From Nitrospirota bacterium (GTDB lineage: Bacteria > Nitrospirota > UBA9217), in NCBI GenBank assembly GCA_963790205.1, contig CAWBNQ010000003.1, positions 1,023,022 through 1,087,021 of the forward strand: a stretch of DNA of 64,000 nucleotides, in the 5' to 3' direction. The position numbers were made by a program, and so were the translations under genes. This document shows, one piece after another, positions 43,311 through 52,177 of the stretch. The notes below the pieces were generated by a model. That model saw nothing but the letters and a program-made list of their open reading frames with translations, did no database searches and had not been told where the DNA came from. Position 1 is the stretch's first letter. Every line of letters starts with the position of its first letter.

Positions 43311-44472
43311 GGCCGGCCCCTTCTTCGTTTAGATTGTAGACTACTTCCTGCGTGGTGTCATCCTCTTCATCGTCAACCGATAGACGCAGCTTGCCCTTTT
43401 CCGCCCGCAGCACTACCGACTGCCCCTCCATGCGGCCCACCATGTAGAACGGCAGCTTGGGCTTCCCGCGGAGCGCCATCTCGAGGAGATTCTCCTGGAT
43501 GCCATGCTCGATCGTCTTCCTGAGCTCGCTCTGGATCTCAAAATACCGGTCCGCGGGACACAGGCCGCCGATCCCCTGGTGCGGTCGTTTGTGGTTGTAA
43601 TACTTCACCCACTGCCGTATCCGCTCGGCGGCGTCCTCGAAGCTATCGAACTGCGCTCTGACAAGAAACTCCAGGTAGATCGTCTTCCAGAACCGTTCGA
43701 TTTTGCCCAGGGTCATAGGGTGGTGTGGTTGGGATTTGATGTGGTGGATCTTGTCTTTCTTGAGCTCCAGCTCAAAACGGCTGTGCCCGCGCCAGCTCGT
43801 ATACTGCCGCCCGTTATCCGTGAGCATCTCTTTCGGCGGGTTGTACTCGGAGGACGCCCGGCGGTATACCTCGATAACGTTCTGGCCCGTCTGAGTGCGG
43901 AAAAGCTCGAGCCCCGTGATGTAGCGGGAGTAATCATCGATGTAGCCGATCAGGTACGCATAGTGGCCGCCAAGACGGAACGTGAAGATGTCCGTTTGCC
44001 ACAGCTGGTTCGGCGTTGATCGTTCGAAAAAACGGGGACGGGTGATATTACGCTGACGCTTCTTAGGCGGGGACTTGATGAGGGATGAATCGTGAAGGGT
44101 CTTGCGGACTGTTTCAGGGCTGGCGGAAAGAAAAAACGCCCTCTTTAAAACCTGTGAAATGCGCTTGATGCCGAAGAGCGGGTTGGCTTCTTTTACCTCG
44201 ACGATCTTCTGCCTTACCGGAGAAGGAAGACTGCGCCCCTTACCTCTGTAATGCGTTGCGAGCCCCGCTTCGCCATGACGACGATAGTCGCGCACCCAGC
44301 GCCCGACCGTCCCACTGCTCAATCCGCATTCCTGCCGAATCACCGAAGCAGGGACGCTTTCTTCAACAAACTTTTTGACGACTTGAAGCTTGAAATCCGG
44401 TCCATACCGCTTGCTTCGTTTCGGGAACTTCCTTTTCCTGCCTACTTGCTGTATACTCTTTTCTGGTTTCAT
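42925..44472 (-). CDS. IS481-like rve DDE transposase 1
   Basis: N-terminal HTH; PNQLWQTD..IDDYSRY..LTDNG..GKIERF..YNHKRPHQG; low-complexity tail where the HTH ORF overlaps. Confidence 0.88.
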   Translation of the reverse strand: MKPEKSIQQVGRKRKFPKRSKRYGPDFKLQVVKKFVEESVPASVIRQECGLSSGTVGRWVRDYRRHGEAGLATHYRGKGRSLPSPVRQKIVEVKEANPLFGIKRISQVLKRAFFLSASPETVRKTLHDSSLIKSPPKKRQRNITRPRFFERSTPNQLWQTDIFTFRLGGHYAYLIGYIDDYSRYITGLELFRTQTGQNVIEVYRRASSEYNPPKEMLTDNGRQYTSWRGHSRFELELKKDKIHHIKSQPHHPMTLGKIERFWKTIYLEFLVRAQFDSFEDAAERIRQWVKYYNHKRPHQGIGGLCPADRYFEIQSELRKTIEHGIQENLLEMALRGKPKLPFYMVGRMEGQSVVLRAEKGKLRLSVDDEEDDTTQEVVYNLNEEGAGHGKNGEDKKREEAADDKPRGDGEMPGGSLNMDGAAEAGGSMPGDGDTVDGALPVAETGDGGNAPGSGTPGDPGQGAGAQPAAADDAGEKAPDAPGTEQAGKDAVEGAGSKETGEAKGPEARKLPPAQG

Positions 44473-44551
44473 GATGACACTCCTTTCAAAACCTAACTTT
44501 GGAGTGTCACCCTATTTCCTCAAATCCTTGTTATCATAAACTGGTCGCTAG

Positions 44552-44825
44552 GACAGAGTCCACGCTTTATTCCTGGGTACATAACGGTACGATACCCTTT
44601 CACAAGCTGAATGGTCTGATCCGCTTTGATCTGGACGAGATAAAGTCATGGGTCGAAGCGTCGAAGCTCACTTCAACAGATTCTATTGGTTCAGTAAAAG
44701 GCAAATCATCGCCGCAAAAAGTCGAACGGATTGTTAGAAAGTCTATTGATAGCGCCAAGGGTATTGGTTATAATCTGTCTAACGGGAAACCAGGCCAACA
44801 TCAAGGTCTCAGGAAGGAGGTTTAA
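44552..44825 (+). pseudogene. Excisionase-like (HTH_17) gene lacking its normal 5' end
   Basis: ESTLYSWV..IPFHKLNGLIRFD..IKSW; stop overlaps the integrase ATG; the upstream part is the IS end. Confidence 0.7.
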
Positions 44826-45937
44826 TGGGACTTTACAGAAGAGGCCAAGCCTGGTGGATGTGTTTCACGTATCAGGGTAAGCAGCACCGAGTACCGACCG
44901 AGAGCAACGACAAGAAGGTGGCAGAAAAGATTTACCGCAAGGTGATGACTGAGATAGCGGAAGGGAAGTGGTTCGAGAGATCTGCTCATGCGGACAAGAC
45001 CCTGGCAGAGTTGTTGGATAAGTATCTCAAGGAACATTCAACACCTAACAAAGCTGCCAGCACGGTCAAGAACGATACTGCCATGGTCGAGGAGATGAAG
45101 GATTTTTTCGGCAACGTGCTTTTGCAGGACGTGACGCCGAGCCTCATCTCAGCGTACAAGGCCAAGTGCAGGGAAAAAGAGCTTGCTCCTGCCACGATCA
45201 ATCACCGGCGCACGTTGTTGCGCCATGCGTTCAATCTCGCCATCAAGGAATGGCAGTGGTGCCAGAAGAACCCTGTCGAACGGGTCTCGCGGGACAAGGT
45301 CAAGAACGAGCGGGACAGGTGGCTTACCCTTGAGGAAGAAACGAAGTTATTGGAGTGCTGTATCCTTCATCCCACGCGCAAAGATAACACGGTCGAGGTA
45401 TCGTACCGGCTTCAGGAGATCGTGCTCTTTGCTCTGAACACGGGTATGCGTCAGGATGAGATTCTTTCTCTCGAATGGCCGAACGCGGACCTGTTCAGAA
45501 AGACGATACTTGTGGTGAAGTCGAAGAACGGCGAAAAGCGGACCATCCCCATGAACCAGAAGGTCTTTGAACTGCTCAAGGCGAAGGCGAGAGCGAATCA
45601 GAATGGCAACAAGATCGTCTTTGCAAGCGAGACGGGAACGAAGATCCTGAGAAGAAACCTCATGAGGGCGTTTTACAATGCGACGGCCCGCGCAAAGATC
45701 GCCGATTTCCGTTTTCACGATCTTCGGCACACCTTCGCCACGAGACTGGCGCAGGCGGGGATAGACCTCTACCAGATTTCAAAGCTGCTCGGGCACAAGG
45801 ACATCAAGATGACACAGCGTTACGCGCATCATTGTCCCGACAGTTTGCGGAGCGGAGTAGAGGTCCTGGATAAACGGGCTGTTGCCCAAAGGACTTCCCG
45901 CGAACGATCAAGCGCCTTGATGCGTAAAGAGGTCTAA
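44825..45937 (+). CDS. Tyrosine integrase; native C-terminus displaced by IS1182
   Basis: TGMRQDE, KSKNG, HDLRHTFA, LLGH..MTQRYAH (R-K-H-R-H-Y intact). Confidence 0.93.
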   Translation: MGLYRRGQAWWMCFTYQGKQHRVPTESNDKKVAEKIYRKVMTEIAEGKWFERSAHADKTLAELLDKYLKEHSTPNKAASTVKNDTAMVEEMKDFFGNVLLQDVTPSLISAYKAKCREKELAPATINHRRTLLRHAFNLAIKEWQWCQKNPVERVSRDKVKNERDRWLTLEEETKLLECCILHPTRKDNTVEVSYRLQEIVLFALNTGMRQDEILSLEWPNADLFRKTILVVKSKNGEKRTIPMNQKVFELLKAKARANQNGNKIVFASETGTKILRRNLMRAFYNATARAKIADFRFHDLRHTFATRLAQAGIDLYQISKLLGHKDIKMTQRYAHHCPDSLRSGVEVLDKRAVAQRTSRERSSALMRKEV

Positions 45938-47475
45938 GCTAATGACGGGCAATATCGGTTCTGTCTCAAGGGAATATGCAAAATGAGCGATCCGAAAGCC
46001 TTTGCCACTGTTCTTTGAACAACGAGCAGCCGTACCGCAGCTGCTTTCTTCGGCTTGGAAGCATGCGCTATTAGCACTTGCATGTTCTGGATGGCACAGG
46101 TCATATATTCCTGGACCCGCATTCGCCAAAGGCCTCGCCAGCGTGCTTGATCGAAGCCGTATCGGGTGCCCCTGGCAAAGGATCGCTCCATCAGGTGTTG
46201 TCTGGTTTTGATGTCGTACCGTGCATTGGCTGATCGACTGATTGCACGCATGCGCTCCAGAACATTCTGCCGGAGATGACGCTTGATCGTTCGGCCGGAC
46301 TTGTTTTTCGTGCATTGCTCTCTAAGCTGGCACGCTGCGCAGACTTTCCTGGGCGCTGCGTAATCCCGGCTTTGTCTGGCTATATGCAGCGACTTCGGCT
46401 TGAGCTGAGTTCCTGCCGGGCACATATAGGAGTCGGTGGCAGGATCATAGGAAAATCTATCTTCCATAAAGATGTCGGTTTTCGCTATGCGATTGATCGC
46501 CACGTCTCGTAAATCCGGGATATGCGCCTTTATGCCCTTGTCATGGCAGGCAAGGAAGTTGTCGATCGTTCCGTACTTACTGTCCGCAACAACCGTTTCG
46601 GCCTCGACTTCCGTTGTTGCGTGGTGTTGCTCAAGCAGCGAAAGCATCAGATGGGCTTCGTTCACATCGCCGGGCGCTACGTCGGTTGCAGTGATGATTT
46701 CTTTTTTACCGTCAACGGCCCGATGCACTTGGTAGGAAAGTTTGGATTTCCCCCGGTTCACCAGGGCCGCGTCCGGGTCGGTGGTGGAGATATAGCGGTT
46801 GTTCTTTTTTTCGTAGGTCCTGGAAGGATCAGTGCTTTCGGTGCGTTCTTCCAAGCGGGCTTCCAGCTTTTTATAATTTTTGTGCAACTGATGTTTCAGG
46901 TTCCGGGTATCGAGAACCGAACTGTTGGAGGCATTTGCATCCACCAGACTGGAGTCGACGAAGATCTTGCGGCCGTCAATAAGACCGGCTTCCGCGCACT
47001 GCAGAACAATACGTTCGAAGAACCTTTGAAAAACATCGAGGCCCCATTTTTTGCGGGCCTTGGATAGCACGCTATGGTTGGGAATTTCAGAATCAAGGTC
47101 ATACCCGAGAAACCAGAGCCAATCCATACGCTCTGGCAGGGTGTCCATCAGCTCCCGCTCCGAGCGGACATTATAAAAGATCAGGAGTAGCATCAGTTTC
47201 AGGATAATTGGTGGTGGCACTGAAACGTTGCCGTTGTTGCCGTACAAGTCCTTGACTTCGTCATAGGCGAAGTTGAAATCGATCAGCGTATTGACTTTTC
47301 TCAAAGGATGGTTCTCACGAACCCGTTTTTCTATATTGATGCCGATATAGAACAAGCTGCTTTGAGGCGGTTGCTGCAATCCCATCATGGCTATTGGCTC
47401 CTGATGTCGTGATTGACGTCGCAGCAATATAGCATTACTGAGTGGCTTTCTCAATATCATTTGGGCAACAGCCCG
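45875..47475 (-). mobile_element. IS1182-family insertion sequence
   Basis: Perfect 16-bp IRs CGGGCTGTTGCCCAAA (45875-45890 and 47460-47475); 4-bp TAAA duplication at 45871-45874 and 47476-47479. Confidence 0.92.
45934..47388 (-). CDS. IS1182 transposase
   Basis: HPLR, SERELM, PNHSVLS, VDSS, STTDPDA, ADSKY, CPAG, CAACQLREQC, ERSFA. Confidence 0.9.
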   Translation of the reverse strand: MMGLQQPPQSSLFYIGINIEKRVRENHPLRKVNTLIDFNFAYDEVKDLYGNNGNVSVPPPIILKLMLLLIFYNVRSERELMDTLPERMDWLWFLGYDLDSEIPNHSVLSKARKKWGLDVFQRFFERIVLQCAEAGLIDGRKIFVDSSLVDANASNSSVLDTRNLKHQLHKNYKKLEARLEERTESTDPSRTYEKKNNRYISTTDPDAALVNRGKSKLSYQVHRAVDGKKEIITATDVAPGDVNEAHLMLSLLEQHHATTEVEAETVVADSKYGTIDNFLACHDKGIKAHIPDLRDVAINRIAKTDIFMEDRFSYDPATDSYMCPAGTQLKPKSLHIARQSRDYAAPRKVCAACQLREQCTKNKSGRTIKRHLRQNVLERMRAISRSANARYDIKTRQHLMERSFARGTRYGFDQARWRGLWRMRVQEYMTCAIQNMQVLIAHASKPKKAAAVRLLVVQRTVAKAFGSLILHIPLRQNRYCPSLA

Positions 47476-47507
47476 TAAAGTTATCACATTTTTATCACAG
47501 TCCAATG

Positions 47508-47539
47508 AAAAAGGGCTAGCTCTTTCGAGCTAACCCCTT
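47508..47539 (-). terminator. Intrinsic terminator downstream of tRNA-Ala
   Basis: Minus strand reads GGGTTAGCTC-GAAA-GAGCTAGCCC-TTTTT. Confidence 0.75.
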
Positions 47540-47547
47540 AAAATTCT

Positions 47548-47623
47548 TGGTGGAGCTGAGGGGGATCGAACCCCTGACCCCAAGACTGCCAGCCTTGTGC
47601 TCTCCCAGCTGAGCTACAGCCCC
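47548..47623 (-). tRNA. tRNA-Ala (anticodon GGC)
   Basis: GGGGCTGTAGCTCAGCTGGGAGAGC-A-CAAGG CT GGC AG TCTTG..GGTTCGATCCC..AGCTCCACCA; 76 nt with G3:U70 pair and encoded CCA. Confidence 0.97.
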
Positions 47624-47752
47624 ATGTGTGAAAAAACTGCCGCAACAAGGTGATTAATTTAACATCACAGGCCGGGGTTGTCAAGAAAAAAGACGGTTCA
47701 CGGTGCGCGGAGCACTGTTGACAGCGGTTTTGTAATCAGATACACTCGGCGC

Positions 47753-48157
47753 ATGAAGAGACTGATCGTCATCGCCGCTCTCTGCATAATTCCGGTCTCG
47801 TCCTATTCTCATCCGGGGAAAACGGATTGGCGCGGCGGGCATAAGTGCGTCAAGGACTGTGAAGAGTGGGGCCTTTTTTACGCGGAGTACCATCTTCACG
47901 ATAAGGCAGGGAGGCCGATCCGGATAAACAGAAAAGCAAAGGAGATCCCGGAGCAATCGGAGCTTCAGGGCGCGGCAACGGAGACTTTTGTCCCGGAGGC
48001 GGCGCTGGTTACCTCTAAGACCGTGACCGTGTACCGGTATGTCACGAATGTTTACGAAGAGAACATCCTTGCTTCAAACCCGCTACTTTGGGCGCTCCTC
48101 GTTCTCCTCCTGCTGCTTTTGATCCTCAGAATGAACCGTAAAAGGGAAGAGAGCTGA
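47753..48157 (+). CDS. Secreted/membrane-anchored YHYH-like protein
   Basis: Signal peptide, HPGKTDWRGGHKC..YHLH, C-terminal TM helix. Confidence 0.65.
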   Translation: MKRLIVIAALCIIPVSSYSHPGKTDWRGGHKCVKDCEEWGLFYAEYHLHDKAGRPIRINRKAKEIPEQSELQGAATETFVPEAALVTSKTVTVYRYVTNVYEENILASNPLLWALLVLLLLLLILRMNRKREES

Positions 48158-48197
48158 GCGCGAAGGTTTGCCGTCTTTGAGTAAGCCGTCCCTCGTT

Positions 48198-48356
48198 GTC
48201 ATTGCGAGCGAAGCGAAGCAATCCCGTTTTTTACAGGCTCGAAATAAAATCCGCGATCTCGCTTCAATGCTTTATGATAACCCCGCTCATCCCGCGTTTC
48301 CCGGCGCTTTGAAAATTCGAGATTGCCGCGTCGCGTAAAACGCTCCTCGCAATGAC
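48198..48356. repeat. Palindromic REP/MITE-like intergenic element
   Basis: GTCATTGCGAG..GCAATC arms inverted with GATTGC..CTCGCAATGAC. Confidence 0.7.
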
Positions 48357-48381
48357 GGCTGAGGAGCTTTCAACAACCTGT

Positions 48382-49656
48382 TCAGTGCACTGAACAGGAA
48401 ATACAGGGGTCATAGGACCGGACGAGCATCTGGGCCATCAGTTCGATCTCCTGGTCCGTGCCGCCCTTCGCGGCGTACTCCGTCACCAGTTTCTGCAGGT
48501 CGTGCTGGATGTTGGCATGGTTCTGGCTCGTGGGGATCACGCAGTCGCAGTTGGTGATCCTGCCGTCCTCATCGAACTCGTAGCAGTGATACAGTATCCC
48601 CCGCGGCACTTCGACGGCGCCCACCCCCCTGCCTTTTTTCGGCGCCACGGCCTGGCGCGGTCCCTCCCAGGTCATGCCCGCAAGCTCGTCGATCAGATCC
48701 ATGGACTCCATGACCACGTGCAGGCATTCCACGAGCTGGGCGATGTTGTTCAGGTAGGGGTTGTGATTGACCGGCTTCAAGCCGAAGCTCGCGGAGAGCT
48801 CCCGCGCGGCGGGGCGCAGGAACTTGAAATTGTTATTGACCCGGGCCAGCGCTCCCACGGCAAAGGATCCGCGCGAAAGACGGCTCCATTTCGACGTGGA
48901 GTGCGGAACCGTATATTCGTTCGTCATGTCCCGGTATTCGTGCTCTTTCCTCGTGACCCCGTCGCTTGACGCCAGATCGCCTCCGATGAAGGGATACGCG
49001 CCGTCTCCCTTGAGCGATACGAACTCGGTCTCCCGGGAAAAACCGGGGAGGGCAAAGGTCCGGAGCAGCTCTGCCGTGCTCAGGAGGTCGTCAATCGCAT
49101 CCTTCAGCCTGGTCTTGAAACGCAGGAGCTCCTTTTTCTCCGGCAGCATGGTGAAGCCGCCGACAACGGTCCTCGTGGGATGCATGCGGCGGCCGCCGAC
49201 GCTGTCGCAGACGTCGTTGGCGAGCTGTTTTATCCGCATCGCGCGCTGCACCACGTGGGGATGGGAGTCGATCAACGGAAAGACGCTGCCGACGTTCAGA
49301 AAATCCGGGACCGCGAGAAAGTAAAGATGGAGCACGTGGCTCTGGAGCGTTTCCATGTGCTTCAGGAGCAGCCGCAGCGAGCGGGTCTGTTCGGTCGGCA
49401 CGATCCCGAAGGCGTTCTCGACCGCACGGATGGAGGCCAGGGTATGGCCGATGGAGCAGATGCCGCAGATCCGTCCGCTGATCCAGGGGGCGTTCTCCCA
49501 CTTTTTCCCGACAAGCATGGCCTCGAAGAACCGCGGGGTCTCGACGACCTCCCAGCGCGCTTCTTCGAGCTTGCCGTCCCGGATCCTGATCTTGATGTTG
49601 CCGTGGCCCTCGACCCGGGTGATGTGATGGATGTCTATGGTGCGGGTTGATTTCAT
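48382..49656 (-). CDS. Group 3b (sulfhydrogenase-type) NiFe hydrogenase large subunit
   Basis: TRVEGHG, L1 RICGICSIGH, EVPRG, L2 RSYDPCISCSVH at the very C-terminus. Confidence 0.92.
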   Translation of the reverse strand: MKSTRTIDIHHITRVEGHGNIKIRIRDGKLEEARWEVVETPRFFEAMLVGKKWENAPWISGRICGICSIGHTLASIRAVENAFGIVPTEQTRSLRLLLKHMETLQSHVLHLYFLAVPDFLNVGSVFPLIDSHPHVVQRAMRIKQLANDVCDSVGGRRMHPTRTVVGGFTMLPEKKELLRFKTRLKDAIDDLLSTAELLRTFALPGFSRETEFVSLKGDGAYPFIGGDLASSDGVTRKEHEYRDMTNEYTVPHSTSKWSRLSRGSFAVGALARVNNNFKFLRPAARELSASFGLKPVNHNPYLNNIAQLVECLHVVMESMDLIDELAGMTWEGPRQAVAPKKGRGVGAVEVPRGILYHCYEFDEDGRITNCDCVIPTSQNHANIQHDLQKLVTEYAAKGGTDQEIELMAQMLVRSYDPCISCSVH

Positions 49657-49670
49657 ACAAAGTCCTTTTT

Positions 49671-49760
49671 TCTCGCAAAGCCCGCAAAGGTCGCAAAGTT
49701 TTAAATCTTGAATTTTAATCTTGGGATTCTTTTCTTTGCGTTCTTTGCGCCTTGGCGAGA
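49671..49760. repeat. Palindromic intergenic repeat built from CGCAAAG units
   Basis: TCTCGCAAAGCCCGCAAAGGTCGCAAAG ... CTTTGCGTTCTTTGCGCCTTGGCGAGA. Confidence 0.7.
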
Positions 49761-49769
49761 GACAGGTAT

Positions 49770-50585
49770 TTATTTTTTTGTCTTGAGGTCCTTCCGCAGC
49801 GTCTCTGCATCCTTCGCGAACCCGCCGAAGCATTCCAGCCGGTCGAGCAGGGTCTCGTCGGAAAAGCCCCGCTCCTTCATGATCGCCTCCATCTGCCCGA
49901 TGTTGGCGTCTTCCGCCGGCCCGCGGCAGCCCCAGCACCCGGACCTGCTGTTGGGACACCAGGAGTCGCACCCGCCCCGCGTGATCGGCCCCAGGCAGGG
50001 CTCGCCGAGGTCGAAGAGACAGATGTTCTCGTTCGCCTTGCATTCCATGCAGACCGGGTACTTGGGAAGGACAACGGACTTGCCGATGATGAGATTGGTG
50101 ACGATCTTTTCCACTTCTTCTTTTTTCACAGGGCAGCCGTAGATCTTCAGATCAACAGGAACAAAGGCATCGATCGGCCTTGCCGTGTCCTCCGTGTCTA
50201 TGGCGCTCTCGCCGTAAACCCGCTTTTTTACCCACGCCGGATCGTTGAACCGGTTCTTCAGCTGGTTCACGCCGCCGAAACAGGCGCAGGAACCGAACGC
50301 CACAAGCACCTTCGCGTTCTTCCGGATCATCTTCAGGCGTTCGAGCTCGTCGGCCCGGGTCACGCTGCCCTCTACAAAGGCGATATCACAGGTATCGGCC
50401 TTTTCGGTCATGACCTCGCGGAAGGCCACGACGTTCACGAGAGAGAGAAAGTCCAGGAGCGAGGCCTCGTTGTTCAGGAGCTGGAGCTGACACCCCTCGC
50501 AGGAGGACAGCTCGAAGAAGGCGACGTTCGGCCGGGCGATCGGGACGCCGAGGTACGTGCGAATATTATTGGGAGATGATTGCAT
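49770..50585 (-). CDS. Group 3b NiFe hydrogenase small (delta) subunit
   Basis: SSCEGCQ, VEGS, GSCACFGG, GCP, VCMEC..CLGPITRGGC..CP..CWGCRG. Confidence 0.9.
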   Translation of the reverse strand: MQSSPNNIRTYLGVPIARPNVAFFELSSCEGCQLQLLNNEASLLDFLSLVNVVAFREVMTEKADTCDIAFVEGSVTRADELERLKMIRKNAKVLVAFGSCACFGGVNQLKNRFNDPAWVKKRVYGESAIDTEDTARPIDAFVPVDLKIYGCPVKKEEVEKIVTNLIIGKSVVLPKYPVCMECKANENICLFDLGEPCLGPITRGGCDSWCPNSRSGCWGCRGPAEDANIGQMEAIMKERGFSDETLLDRLECFGGFAKDAETLRKDLKTKK

Positions 50586-50640
50586 TATGACACCCATTCC
50601 TCAAAAAAGCCGCGAAGCCACATCTGAGAAAAAGTCTTCT

Positions 50641-50711
50641 ATCCGCAGATTTCGCAGATAAAGACAAAACCAGAATTCTAATCTTAAAATCTGCGTCGAT
50701 CTGCGTAATCT
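50641..50711. repeat. Palindromic CGCAGAT/ATCTGCG repeat, cut by the IS110 end
   Basis: ATCCGCAGATTTCGCAGAT ... ATCTGCGTCGATCTGCGTAATCT; the closing GCGGAT expected from the left arm is missing. Confidence 0.75.
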
Positions 50712-50759
50712 TCTATGTTAAAAAGCAAGTCTTTCTTTTGGCATAAACGCATCTCTTTT

Positions 50760-50960
50760 ATTAAGGAGCGATTTATAGCGAACGCAATCTTCAAACCCAA
50801 TCTTCTATGAGCAGACAGTCTTCGTTGATGAAGAAAACGCTGCATTGCCTTGATTAATTATGAAGGCGTGGGTTCGTAGTCTGTGGAAGCACAGACGGCA
50901 TCTTTCGATCCGCTGTAGATTACGCAAGACGATACCCACGGTGAAACACGGGTTTAAGAT
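50760..50960 (-). ncRNA. Putative IS110 bridge/seek RNA (boundaries approximate)
   Basis: Stem-internal loop-GAAA hairpin at 50867-50940 whose loop strands match the insertion target; a second segment (50802-50809) matches the element end. Confidence 0.7.
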
Positions 50961-50980
50961 CGGCTATAAATATCGGTTTT

Positions 50981-51412
50981 TTATTGAACAACCGCCGTAG
51001 TGTATTCTTGTTGGTTCTTTAAAACGTACCGGACGCGGTTTAACAGCTTCCGGGCGATCCGAACGATAGCTTTGGTCTTTGTCATGTGTTTGCACAGCTC
51101 ATTGAACGCCATCATTAGGGCAGGGTCTTTTCGCACCGCCGTCCAAGCGCTTTCGATCAAGACGAAGCGAAGCTGGGCGTTCCGCCTGCCGGTCATGCCG
51201 GTTTTAAGGTCCTTTTCCCCGCTGGAATCGGTATCGGGGATAAGGCCAACGTAGCTGCAGAGTTTGTCGAGCGTCTTGAAACGATTGATGTCATACAGCT
51301 CCGTCAAGAGCATCATCGCGGTCAAGGTACTGATTCCCGGCACGGTCTTAAGTATCCGGACATTGTTCCGATAGTCGTCCGAATTGGCCAGGGCGCGGAT
51401 CGCCCGGTTTAC
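50981..51412 (-). CDS. IS110 transposase/recombinase C-terminal fragment
   Basis: LKTVPGI..ELYDINRF..SYVGLIP..SSG..LIESAW..ARKLL; the RuvC-like N-terminal half is absent. Confidence 0.88.
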   Translation of the reverse strand, partial: VNRAIRALANSDDYRNNVRILKTVPGISTLTAMMLLTELYDINRFKTLDKLCSYVGLIPDTDSSGEKDLKTGMTGRRNAQLRFVLIESAWTAVRKDPALMMAFNELCKHMTKTKAIVRIARKLLNRVRYVLKNQQEYTTAVVQ

Positions 51413-51637
51413 GGGTCTTTCTCGAGAATGCCTGATTGAACTCAACCTACTCTCGCCCACTCAGGGGGTCCCCCGGGCCTCTCTGCCGCCCCAATAGTTA
51501 TGTTAAGCATCTATACCCGCCTAGCCAAGACTTCTGTCGGTGTTAAATATGATGGCTTTGATTTTGTTGGTGGTGTGAGGTTGCGCCAAGAGCATTGTTC
51601 TCTGGAGAGCCAGGTAGTGGTCGGCAAGGGCCAACCC

Positions 51638-51792
51638 ATGGCGGAGACGCAAATTAGATTTACCAAAGCCAATAATGGCGTTATCACCGACAGCGTCACT
51701 GGCCTTGATTGGTATGTCGGCTCCAACCAAGACAACAACTGGCATCAGGCCAAGGACTGGACGGAGAATCTCACCGTGGCCGGGGGTGGAAT
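51638..51792 (+). pseudogene. DUF1566-domain fragment
   Basis: RF..NNGVITDSVTGLDW..WHQAKDW..L..GGG, breaking off before the expected WRxP. Confidence 0.55.
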
Positions 51793-52177
51793 GCTGGTAA
51801 GCGCCCCTGGCCCCTACCGGCTCCCAGCGATGCCTTGCAAGAACCTCTGTAATATCGCCGTGCTCGTTGAAGTCATCTCCGGGCCGGCGGGCTTCTATTT
51901 GGCAGGCGGTAGCCAGCACCTTCAACCTTTGCCGGGTCTACATATTCATTGAGCGCTCGTGCCGCATTGACGAGAAGTTGGCGGTCTTCCGCGGTGTAGT
52001 TGGGATCTTGAGAAAGTCCCCCTGACGGAGTTCATAACCTGGGGTGGGATGAGCCAGGAATTGGCCACCTTCCCCCCGGGTCTCGATCAGGGTCAACGGC
52101 TCGGCGGTCCCCGGAGGAGCGTTTGACAAAGCCTGCAACAGTGCTTACCCCATTGTTTAACTAAGAGGGAAACAACC

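Larger units (their letters stand above)
41459..44545 (-). mobile_element. 3.1-kb IS-like element with four ORFs, including two rve-type DDE transposases
   Basis: About 40-bp imperfect IRs (CAGTTTATGATAA..GGGTGACACT at 41459-41498 and 44503-44543); CGCTAG direct repeat at 41453-41458 and 44546-44551. Confidence 0.85.
39458..47562. mobile_element. Decayed integrative island at tRNA-Ala(GGC)
   Basis: Bounded by the tRNA 3' end and its 13-bp copy; carries xis-like and tyrosine integrase genes next to the tRNA, both affected by IS insertions. Confidence 0.6.
50712..51412 (-). mobile_element. IS110-family element, 3' half only
   Basis: Transposase C-terminal domain plus about 270 bp of 3' non-coding end abutting the interrupted repeat. 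Confidence 0.85.

Noticed and set aside
49657..50043. Long N-terminal extension of the hydrogenase large subunit (553-aa ORF)
   Set aside because: It overlaps the small-subunit gene and a repeat; the real start is MKSTRT at 49656 with an AAGGA RBS.
51800..52140. Coding fragments on the minus strand between the DUF1566 remnant and the oxidoreductase
   Set aside because: No recognisable motif in any frame, so it could not be assigned.
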